This document shows positions 44,393 through 55,295 of a DNA stretch of 64,000 bases, one piece after another (within the stretch, counting starts at the first letter, position 1; the number at the start of each line of letters is the position of its first letter). The stretch comes from Epithemia pelagica. Lineage: Eukaryota; Protista; Bacillariophyta. Under the pieces are notes generated by a model. The model was given only the letters and a program-made list of their open reading frames with translations, made no database searches and was not told the DNA's origin. Location: contig OX337233.1 in the NCBI GenBank assembly GCA_946965045.2, positions 744,001 through 808,000 of the forward strand, written 5' to 3'. The position numbers and the translations under genes were made by a program.

Positions 44393-44972
44393 TAAGTACC
44401 CATGCAAAGTACCTATGTTGAGTGATCTTACTTTAAGTACCTTCTGTCAAGTACCAGAACAAAATTGAAAGCTTGACTTCAAATTACCAAGTTCAAGTAA
44501 AAAGTACGTACTTTTGGACCCATATTAGATGAAAATAAAGCTAAAATACCTTACTTTCAAGGTACTTTACGCTTTAATTTCATCCATGGAAGTTAAGTAC
44601 TGCTTTTTTCTCTTCGTACTTTACTTTGAAGAGGCAAGGAAATGCTATTTTTTGACTTATGGTACTTATACAAAGTAAAGTACCGAATCTAACTACATGT
44701 GCCAAAGCTAATTCGGCAATGACAGACGAGATTGTCAACGGACTGAAACCTACACGAACTCCAAGATCAACTGACAAGCCCAAGAGATTCGTACGTACCT
44801 TGAACTCAGAAGATCCAAGAGCAAGGTTTGTGGTCGGGCTAGTCAGCTTGATTTGGGTGTCACTGTCTATCAGGTTGATTGTTTGTCTGAGGTGCTTTTC
44901 CCTGCAGGTTTAGTATCTCTCTTGCGTTTAATCTGACTTTGCTTTTTGTTGTTGCGTCCCGCCAAAGCCCCC

Positions 44973-47937
44973 ATGTCGTCTGCTGGTTTCTCTGCTCGTG
45001 CGTCGTTGTACCGCGATTTGCGTTCCGCCTCTCGTGGCGGGCGCGACTCTCCGGAGGCCAAGCCTCCTCCTGCTGCGCTTGGTGTCGGTAGTCCCTCTGG
45101 CCTACTGTCATCCGCGTTTTCCCGCATCGGCTTGGGGGTGGACGCAACAGCTTCGCGGGATCCTCGTGCGTCTGCGCCGAGTGTGTCGTTCGCTGCTCCG
45201 GCGTCGCGTTCGGCGCTCTTTGGTGTTGGTGGTAATACGGGGGGGGGGGGGAGATGAGTTCGATGCAATTCCGAGCCATTCTCGTGCGTTCGGAGATCGT
45301 TTTCTGGAGGGAACGGGAGCGTCCGGCTCTGACTTTGAGGGTTTTACTACGATTGTTCCGGACAGTGCTCGCGAATCTTTTTCGTTAGATGGCGGCGTGA
45401 CTGATTCGGACATGGTTGCGGCGGCTTGGCAGCTGGATCAAGCCATGGAAGACACTCCTAACCTTGCGTCCTTCGCGTTGTCGCAACAGCTGCAGCAACA
45501 TCCACGCAAAGCCACGCTCAAGACCCCGTTCCCTATCAGCAGCACGACTACGGCAACCACGGACACCACGTCAGGAGGCCCTACGGATTTGCAGGCCCTA
45601 CGTACGGACACGTCACAGTTTTTGGCTGGGATTGTGGAGGAGGAAGATAACCCGAAGGGAACGATGGGAATGAAGTCGGAGACTTCTTCTTCTAACTATG
45701 GTGAGCACCCCTCGTCTGATCTAGAGAATTCTGTTGCGCTTGTGTCTGTAGAGATTGCGTCTGGTTCGCTTTGTGGGGCCGTAGTAGGAGCGGCTGGTAA
45801 GTTCTGCCGTTTACCCAAGATCCAGTGCACCAAGAAATCCCACAAGAAAGGGATATCCTTTTTGGATACTCTCAAAGAACAAGGATTGCGCCAGTGCATC
45901 TTCATTGATGTGCCGGCCACGCCCAAGGGACAGCGTTTGGCGTTTCAAGAACCTTTCTTGGATGTCGAACGGTTGCCGCTTAGCAAGACCAAGGAACTCT
46001 TGAATGCCAAGAAACCAGTGTGGCTGTGGACTTCTGTCTTTTCCATGTTGGAAGGTGAAATGGACGGCGGCGACGACACTGATTTCGACGTCAAGGACAA
46101 AGAGTCGCAGGCTCAAGAGGCTGTATTGGAAGAAACGCCGCTACGCCTCAAGACACTACAGCAGTTGCAACGTCAGGCAACTCAAGCAGCATTCACACCA
46201 GCTCGACGGCTTCAGTTGGAACAGGTTGAAGTGCCCTCTCCTTCAACGGACGACGATCCCGGACTCAAGGAGATACCCATAGAATTGGACGAAGAATCAT
46301 TCAAAGCGCTAGTCAGTTCGAACTCGCATGCAGCGGTGTTGCTATATCGTGCTACCACAGCGGAAGTCGCGACGCTACGAGCGAGACAACTCGAACAAAT
46401 GCGTCTAGTCAACAAGTTGGTGGACAAGGTGAACGTTCTTAGCGGTTTAGTTGGTTCTCCTCCTGACGGCTCCAAATCGGCAACAGTCTGGCAAGCTATC
46501 AGCAGTCGACCAGAGCGAAACGTGGATGCCGACGGTGAGGAATTGAAGATCCATCCGAATCTGTTAACCGCCATTCGAGAAACTCAAGTCAAACATGGCG
46601 CGAGCTTTCAACGAATGTATGAATCTGTGGACGCTCTGAATAAGCAAGTCAACACGATCAAAACAGAAGCCTTGCAGTCCTCCCGGAAGGAGATCGTCGC
46701 CTTGATCACGGAACAGGTAAACCGTATCATTTGGACCGAACTGTCAAAGTCAGCACCTACGCTGGACTTAGCAGAAAAGTTTTTCTTGAAAGGAGGATTG
46801 AATCAGTTCGAGCATCACATCAGGAACACCACAGCGGCTGCGGTGCGAGCCGCAGGTGGACCTTCCAATCCGAATGGAGGGTCCGTCTTTAACCTTTCAA
46901 GCGCCGACATCGAGGAATTCAAGAAATTGATCAGCAAACTCGAGGCGGGAGCGCAAGAAAACCACGTTCGCCTCACGGATTTAGAAGCAAGATCAGAGAA
47001 CCAGACAGTGGAGATTGAAGGATTCAAGTTCGCTTCACTATCCCAGGTGGCAGCGTTTGTTTCGGCCAATGGAATGGCTCCTTTCATCCTGAAATGCACA
47101 GATCCGATCGGCTTGATGGAAAGAACCACATCCACCACGCAAAGTTTCTCGGAGAACGTCAAGGTTCAGTACGAGGGAAACAAATCCAACATGGAGTCTC
47201 CAGGAGACCAAAAGGTCGCCTATTCTTTCCAACTTGCAGCCCCTACGGCTCTCGTTGGTACACCGGAACAGGCACGCAGTCACCCAAGGAAGCTACCGAA
47301 GATGGAAACCTACGCAAAATTCAAAGGGTCAGGCTCTCGAGACTCTGGAGCAGCCAATGGAATACGTACTTTGTTGGCGGAGCGCTACCCAGCGCACTTG
47401 GCCGAAATCAACAAGTCATCTATGTCTCCAGACGGAAAGGTTTTGGCAAGATGTTTGGTGTCGGAGTCGCGACGATTCCTCGACACTCTCTTCATCTACA
47501 TGAAGGATCAGGTCGAGGACTATGGAGCGGACACCAATTTGTCAGAAGAAAGACGATGGGACTTAGTCCAAAATATTACTCGGATTGTGTTCGAGGTGCT
47601 GAGTCAACCTCGTCGGGCTTGTAGTGAAATCACTATCACCCAAGCAACTTCGACGGAGCGAGCACCAGAATTGTTGTGGGCGGTACTACAAGCTCATAGA
47701 ATTCAGAAAGACTTTCTCGAGCACAATTTCAAAAACCACCCGAAGGTGGGCCCCATGCTGACCCACTTTCTGTTGGATGTGGTTAGCTACCATGATGATG
47801 TAACACCCATCTTGGACGATGTGAAGAAAGCCCTTACTGATGCACAGCAAGCGAAAAGGAAGGTGGACGCCATTGAGAGTCAGGTCAAGAACATGCAGTC
47901 TCGTTTACCATCAAAGAAGAACAAACAAGCAGAATGA
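44973..47937 (+). CDS. ORF1 (gag-like, Cys/His knuckle and coiled coils); one frameshift in a G13 run at 45239-45251
   Basis: MSSAGFSARASLYRDLRS... (ATG 44973) continues into GGGGDEFDAIP... if one G is removed. Knuckle LCGAVVGAAGKFCRLPKIQCTKKSH. Confidence 0.75.
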
Positions 47938-47950
47938 TCGTTGGTCGTGA

Positions 47951-50900
47951 TGGATGTCAACGGATGCAAGCGAACCATTGACATTACGAAACACGATCAT
48001 GGAGACAAGACACAGCCGGCAAAGAAGAGAAGGACTCTTGGTAGCAATCCGACCACCGATATAGCAACCAATCAACTTCTCAATGAATCTTATTCGGCGT
48101 GGATTAGGCGTATGGTTCCGCTGACTCCGGGTAGACTGACCATGGGTGTAATATCCCCGGGTGTGTCCCCGTGGCTTTTTGTGTCGGACAATCTGTCGGA
48201 TTGCAAAATAAGTTGGATCATACTTCCACACACTCAGAGCCACTGGCAACATCTCATACCTCCAGATACTCAAGTGAAGTGGTTAATGAATGAGCAAGCA
48301 AGTGTGGAGGACATTCTAATCGAACTATCAAGCAACGGAGAGACACCCAACAACTTCGTCAATGTACTGGTGTTCGAAGGAGGGTTTCGTCCTCCCAGGC
48401 ACACAGCCAACATATGGAAACATCAACAACTGCAATTGGTTCTAGCTGAGCGATCGAATCGAGGCAAGGCAGCTGAAGGGTGGACAACAGATAGTCAACT
48501 CGTGACGCATTCGCAGCTAGGAGGGGTTACAGATTGGCGGAATACGATGCACGTCTGGCTTCGAGATCTCAAGAGACCCTTCTTTCAACGAGAGTGTCTT
48601 ACAGGAGCCCCGAGCCATTTTGTTGACTTAATCCACAAGACAAAGCCGGGCAAGCGGATACGCACCGGAGCAGAAACAATTAGAATCGGCTCTTTATCAA
48701 CAGTTGCGATCGAATCTCTCCAAAAGGAGAGGCGAAAGAAATGGATTCTTCCTACTGTTTTCGGAAAAGACGCGTTAGTCAAGCGCACTCTGGAAGGAGA
48801 CGAGGTATGCGCTAGTTTGGACGTACCGGCAGTCCTTTTCAAGCAATGGAATGACGCCACAACGGAAACTGTGGCTCGAGAATTAACCGCGCCAATCAAA
48901 CTGGCAGCGGCGATCGGAGCATGCATATCCGAGTGGTCGACACAGTGCTGGAGAGATGAAATAGAGGGGACAAAACACAATGTCGGTAGGCAGGAGGATC
49001 CAACTGAGAACAATGAACCGAAAGAACAACAGAGTATCGCCAGCGACCCATCGGAGAGAATGAAAGGTTACACCAGACCAATTGGAAACGAAGTTGCCGC
49101 AGAAAAAGCAGTTAAGCACGACAAGGCAGCGGTCCCCATTGAGCTTTGGAACGACAGGATTCGCTTCTTGTTGGGAATCGCTCAACTGAATGAACACCAC
49201 ACTCGGGCTTTCGACACGTTGCGTCAGGTCATGTTTGCCCGTTGGAAGCGCAATGTCCGCAAGTCGTGGTTCGAATGGTGGAACCGTCATGAAGCCACTA
49301 TCAAGATGAATGAACCAAGATGGTGGAGCCTCGTGAAGGAACGTGGGTTGCAAGCGTGTCGACAGGCTATGAAATCTACCTTCTGGGCCTGGCCCGAAGG
49401 ATCAGGCGTTTTCTTCTGGAGGTGGCCGGAAGAATATTTGAATGACATAGCCATCGGAGTTCCTCCTCTCTGGACCAACCTTCCCAAGTCTATTATTGAG
49501 AGACAACAAGGCCTGGGAGAACCAGAGATGATCGAAAAGATCAAAGAGAAAATAGATGACGTGCGGAATAAAGGGTACGTGGGACCAGGGAATTGGTCTG
49601 CTACCATGAACTATTTCGCAGTCCCAAAAGGGGACTCAGACATCCGGATGGTCTATGATGGGACCAAGAGCGGGCTAAACGATTGCCTCTACGCCCCTTG
49701 GTTCCCATTGCCGGATGCTGACGTTTTGATTCGCACTTTAGACGACGACTATTGGTGCGTTGACAATGATTATGGCGAGATGTTCTTGAACTTTTGGCTC
49801 CATCCGGAGTTGCAAAAGTTCAGTGGCATGGACTTGTCGCCTATTCTCGGATTAACTGACGATGGAGAGTTATATATTGAGGGATGGAAGCGCTGTCCAA
49901 TGGGACAGAGCCCGTCACCTTTCAACACCGTTCAGCAAACGAGGAGATTGAAACAAATCATGCTCGGAGACCCGAATGACGCCAAGAATGTATTTCGATG
50001 GGATTCTGTGAAGACCAATCTACCGGGATCCATCGATTACCGACCAGGAACGCCGTGGGTAGCCAAGTATCGTCATGATGGCAAGATAGCAGCGGATGCA
50101 CACGACTATGTAGACGATTTGAGAGGAACGGGGCCAACGGCTGAAGATGCATGGCAAGTCAGTTCTCGTATTGCCAAAACAGCGTCGTTCCACGGTGTCC
50201 AAGACGCAGCAAGAAAACGAAGAGAGCAAACTCAAAAACCTGGCGCTTGGGCTGGAGTCGTCTGTGGCACGCATCCAAAGCGTCCATTTATGTCGGTGAC
50301 TCAGGAGAAATGGAAGAAGACACAAGCGGAAATACAACGCTTACGAGACGAAGTTGAGATGAGAAATGAAGCCGCACCCAGAGGAACCGTCAACAGCAAA
50401 GTAATGGAGCAAGTCGCCGGTTTTCTAAACCACATCGGGCGAGCCTACTGGGTAATTCGGATTTACCTGAACAGCATTTACGCCACTATGAATAGTTGGC
50501 GGCCAGACAGAGACGAAGAAGGTTGGAAGATGGGCTCGGACGTGATATTGGAAAATGACGGCGTCCGAAAACCCAAACTCAACACCCCAGCTAGAGTCCG
50601 AATGGTTCCACGAATGCTCTTCGACGTGGAAGCGTTGGAGAAACTCACGGCTGGTGACGAGCCTCCACAGCGGACACTCAGACCAGTGAAACATGGTGCC
50701 GTCGCCAGATATTATTTTGGTGACGCATCAGGAGCTGGCTTCGGAATGTCTGGCTGGTCCCCAGGCGACGATCAAATCGAGGTGGACTTTGGTTCATGGG
50801 ATAGAGACAAAATGGCCAAGTCCTCCTCAAATTTCCGAGAATTGGCAAACATAGTTATGAAAGTGGAACAGATGTTTGCAGAGAACAAGTTGAACGAACT

Positions 50901-51714
50901 GTCTGAAACGTTCATATTTACTGACAACATGCACGCCGAATCGGCGTTTTACAGAGGATCAGCCAAGTCTCCGGAAGTGCTGAGACTGATGCTGCGACTT
51001 CACAAGATCCTGCTACACGGAGATGTCTTCATCCACGTAGTGTGGGTCGCGGGAAAAAGGATGATTGTACAAGGCACTGACGGTCTATCCAGATCGGATC
51101 TAACGAGCGGAGTCATGCGTGGTGACGCTATGTTGGATTTCGTTCCACTTCACAAGTCGGCACCAGAAAGACAACCGAGAGTAGTCCTCAATTTACTACA
51201 CTATGTCATCGGAGACGAAAAGGAAGTCATTCCCTTATCTGTTCAAGACTGGTTCACCAAGCCGCAGACGACGGATGGAACGTTTATCTGGACACCTCCA
51301 CCCTGCATCGCAGACGTGGCAGTGTTTATGATCGCAGAGGCTTGGCAGATTAGACCCTGGAACACTCACATCTTTCTTGCACCATCCATTTTGAGCGGAA
51401 GATGGAGACGAATGTTGTCAAAGATTTCTGATATGTTTTGCGTGTTGCCCTTCGCCCACAATGTCTGGCCGAAGGATACTGAACACGAACCGCTAACGTT
51501 GGCTTTTGTTTTCCCCTTGCTAAACAGAAGACCGTGGAGAGTTAAGTTCGCGGACGTTTTGGTGTCCGCACGCAATGAGCTGCGTGCGATGCACAGGCAA
51601 CCTTTGCCATTCGCAAGGGATCGTATGCGCCAATTATGGTCATACGCGCGGTCATTGGAGCCCGTGCCGAGCGGCATATCATGCTCGATGCTACGCGGTC
51701 CCCGGAGACTATGA
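47951..51714 (+). CDS. ORF2 pol: N-terminal extension, reverse transcriptase, RNase H, methyltransferase-like tail; uninterrupted
   Basis: DIRMVYDG, DYGEMFLNF, RCPMGQSPSPF, DYVDD (50107-50118); RNase H FGDASGAGFG, NFRELANI, FTDN, GTDGLSR; tail WTPPP...HIFLAP...W. Confidence 0.92.
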
Positions 51715-53083
51715 TCCTTTTCCGAAAGACCTCAAGCCCCGCAGGATGGAAGTAGACACCGATGGCAATACGGTGGAGGAAGAAGAAGGATGGGAAGCGA
51801 CTGAGACGGAAAAGAATGAGATGCAAGATTGGTTTATGGTCGCCCGTCCTGGCGACCATTTGATGACCCCGTTCCAGTGTGAAACTTGTCACTTCCGCAA
51901 CATCACGGGGCGAGACCCTATCAAGACCAGTGGATTGTCAAGTGTATCGTGAGAGCCAACCTTGATGCGTTTTGGTCGCGCAGGCCGAGTACTGTGCAAG
52001 GCAACCTGCGAGATATGAACAAATTCATGAAAATTATCTCAGAACTGAGGATCCCAAATCCGTCTACGACTTTCAGACGGGGTCCCTTTGACCAATCGGA
52101 TGATTTTGGTATGATACCTGCAGTGGTGTCTTTGCAACGATCGCTCGACAGAGGAAAGAACTCGAAGACAATCCAGTGGGATACCATGCGCGGCATGCGC
52201 TCTGCCTATTCAAATTTCATCCATACTACGCCACAAGGAGTCAAAGGAGCAGTGCTAAGTGATGGCAAACGATCTACGCACATCACGGAAAGCGCTTCAA
52301 ACTCAATCTGGTTTAAGAGGTTTATGCAAGGGTCCCACGAAAGAATGGGCGACGTGAAACTACAAGATGCAGCTATGTCAGTCGACCTAGTGATAGCGTT
52401 GCAAGAGTTATTGAAGAAGGAATTGACACTAGCTAAGGACAACAGGGACAAACACGCACAATTCAAGATCACTACACTTGGAGCAGCGTTGGCTTTGGGA
52501 TTCTCCAGCGCTTTGCGAGGAGAGGAATTGGGCCATATACGTCTGCATGACACCATCGTGTTTACTACTCAAGGGCTTCGACACCCGACCAAAAGACATG
52601 TTCTGCTGGCTTTGGAAGGCAGATTCAAGGGAATGATTGCGAGGCAAAAGCATAAAATCCCGTTGTGTCCCACAACCGCGTCCGGCATTGAAAATGAAGA
52701 CTGGTTGGTGGAGCTTCTGTTGTTGTACCAGCATTACGATGTGGTACATGGTCCATTGTTCAGAAGTACTCCCACACAAGAGAAAGCGGTGAGCATTCGC
52801 CAACTTGATATCTGGTTGTATGCAGCGCTCACAAAGCTGCAAGAAGAAACACCAGATTTAGTGGGAAAGGATTGGGAAACTATTCAACGCTACAGTTTCC
52901 GTCGATCCTTGAGAAGAGGGTCAACCACACAAGAAGGTCCCCAAGGACGTTGTTGTTCTAAACAACCGTTGGAGATCACAAGAACATGCTCGCGGTCGAT
53001 TTGCTCAAGCAGATATGATCGATCTCTATACAGATGTTGTAGCGGCGTTGGAAACGTTGTTACAATATTCGGAGGCCTTGTAA
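51575..53083 (+). pseudogene. ORF3: Cys/His-rich (PHD-like) finger plus tyrosine recombinase, broken by two frameshifts (about 51920 and about 52932)
   Basis: C..C...C...CRAAYHARC; FQCETCHFRN; RANLDAFWSR; SALRGEE (catalytic Arg); SLRRGSTT; after the second shift KVPKDVVVLNNRWR...DLYTD (catalytic Tyr) to TAA at 53081-83. Confidence 0.85.
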
Positions 53084-54247
53084 AGGAGAAATAAATATAT
53101 CACATTGAGATCTTATGTGGATGAATACGGGGGGGGAGAGGACAGGACTGGTCGGAGACCGTCTATGTCTGTCGTTGACGATTCTGCTGTTGGAGTCTCA
53201 GAGGGGTCAACGATAAAGGAGTTCTGGAATGCGGTCACTGTGGCAAGTGACTGTCGGAACAGATAGCTGAAAGCGGAGGTTCGCCCCGCGTGCTAACTCG
53301 GACTTGTCCGAGGACTTTGGTTCGTTGCACTCTCTGTACTCTACGGTGGATGAGAGGCCTCGCGCTTGGACAGAAGCACGAGGTCGTCGATTCGGTAATA
53401 CTGGTTCACTCTGATGGAACAGTACACCTCTCCACTGGGAAGGAGTTCCCCCTACCTGTAATAGCATGATAGTAAACATGGTCATGCTACAACTCCCAGC
53501 GTCCTTCTCACCCAATGCCAACTTGGAAGTCGTGCGGTAAAGGAGTTGGTCAATCGAGACAATCAAGTGCCTACATGTGCCAAAGCTAATTCGGCAATGA
53601 CAGACGAGATTGTCAACGGACTGAAACCTACACGAACTCCAAGATCAACTGACAAGCCCAAGAGATTCGTACGTACCTTGAACTCAGAAGATCCAAGAGC
53701 AAGGTTTGTGGTCGGGCTAGTCAGCTTGATTTGGGTGTCACTGTCTATCAGGTTGATTGTTTGTCTGAGGTGCTTTTCCCTGCAGGTTTAGTATCTCTCT
53801 TGCGTTTAATCTGACTTTGCTTTTTCCCACCCTCCCTCCCTGGGGTTGAGGACAGGACTGGTCGGAGACCGTCTATGTCTGTCGTTGACGATTCTGCTGT
53901 TGCAATCAAGTGCCTAAAGTTTTGCTACTTTAGAATAAAGTACCTCAGTCAAGTACGTTGTTTCTCATGAGGTACTTAAAAGTACCTTCGTCAAGTACCT
54001 CTAAGTTCAGGAGTCGTGCTTTAAGTACTCATTTCAAGTACCCAGTGCTAGTGTGAGTACTTCACAACCCTGGTACCTTAGTTTTACTTGTTCGGAAAGT
54101 TGCCCTCACTGACCGGGCAAATGACGATGCGGCTGGATTTCTAATTTCTATTGCCTTTTCGAAGGGGCAGCTCTATTATTTCAATTATAGCTATGCGGAT
54201 TCACCAGATAAGGGCCATAATGAATACTGTGTAAGTATCAAAAAAAG

Positions 54248-54829
54248 CAAGGATGCTACTGTGACGACGTCACAATTGACGCACGTCACGTGACGTGACG
54301 TAAAATTGACGACGTCACATCAGGCCATCAGGCTGTGACGAATGACGGGAATGAAAAAAAGTGACGGGAAACAAAAAAATCTTTTGTGGATCTTTTGTAG
54401 TCAAACAGATACGTCGAGAAACGCACAAAAATGGCATCCTAAGTGATCCAAGGAATGAACAACAATCAACCATTGATGATCAAGCATGGTCGTAACTATT
54501 ATGTGTGCATGATCGATGTTGACTTACCGTGGTTGGATGTCAGAACCACTACTGTGACGGGACAAGGACAAACTTTGGGGATTCATCCTTGGAAAAGGAG
54601 ACGAAGTGGAGCTTCCGTCCACTTCAGGCACCATTTACAGACATCAGAGACCATTAATCACGATACATACAGTCAAAACATCCTATTTCTATCATACATC
54701 CCTATTGTCTTATCAATATCCCAAAATTGACGAAAGTGACGAGGAAAACCTGACGGGAACATATTCCCGTCATTATTTGACGGCGTCACGTCACGGTTGT
54801 GGCCCGTGACGTGACGTAGTAGCAACCTT
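54248..54829. mobile_element. Second copy (inverted) of the 583-bp CAAGG-TIR MITE; TSD AAAAAAG, terminal G missing
   Basis: Reverse complement of 35165-35747 with scattered substitutions; aaaaaag on both flanks. Confidence 0.9.
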
Positions 54830-55295
54830 AAAAAAGGTACAGTCTATTTTAAGTGTATCAATGAGTGTTCACCGGAAGAGATGAAAAGGGGGCCTTCAAT
54901 CTGCCCCCACAACTTGTCACAGGGGTCACTCTTCGTCCACGGAAGCTATACTCCTATACCCGACCTGTAGTTGAGGAAGGAAGAAAGGATCATGGAGAAG
55001 ACAATGAACTTTAGACACTCTACGAACTATTCTTGGTAGGTAGTTATTACTCTCGAGAATGAAGTGGTCACGTCACATTCGAATCTGTGAAAGCTCTCTC
55101 GGTTGTGGTGACACCAACTCTCTTACACTTTTTCTCCTTCTGCTTTTCTCTGGAAACACGTGAAACAATCCACACATGGATTTCTTCTCACACACGGTTG
55201 CCGCGGAAACACACACACCACACACAATGATCGTAACAACAGGACAGACACACACAATCACGGGTTCCGACAGCAGTTTTCTTGTTTGGGTGGGG

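Larger units (their letters stand above)
44693..53916 (+). mobile_element. Tyrosine-recombinase retrotransposon (DIRS order; Ngaro/PAT-like split direct repeats A1-ORFs-B1-A2-B2)
   Basis: A1 44693-44947 equals A2 53571-53825 (255 bp). The B repeat is at 53138-53192 and 53848-53902. Contains gag-like, RT/RNase H and YR ORFs, with CTA at both ends and at the B1/A2 junction. Confidence 0.92.
42975..54072. mobile_element. hAT-like non-autonomous element (about 660 bp once nested inserts are removed), 16-bp TIR CAGGGTTGTGAAGTAC
   Basis: Exact TIRs at 42975-42990 and 54057-54072, with dense AAGTAC subterminal motifs in all uninterrupted parts. The 8-bp flanks (gtagtttt vs gtacctta) match imperfectly. 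Confidence 0.75.

Noticed and set aside
44659-44913. 84-aa ORF repeated at 53546-53791
   Set aside because: Incidental frame across the non-coding A repeat; the starts differ and come from flanking DNA.
44693-44947. 255-bp direct repeats read as LTRs of a Copia/Gypsy element
   Set aside because: No TG...CA ends, no 4-6 bp TSD and no DDE integrase. The second repeat is internal and the element encodes a tyrosine recombinase.
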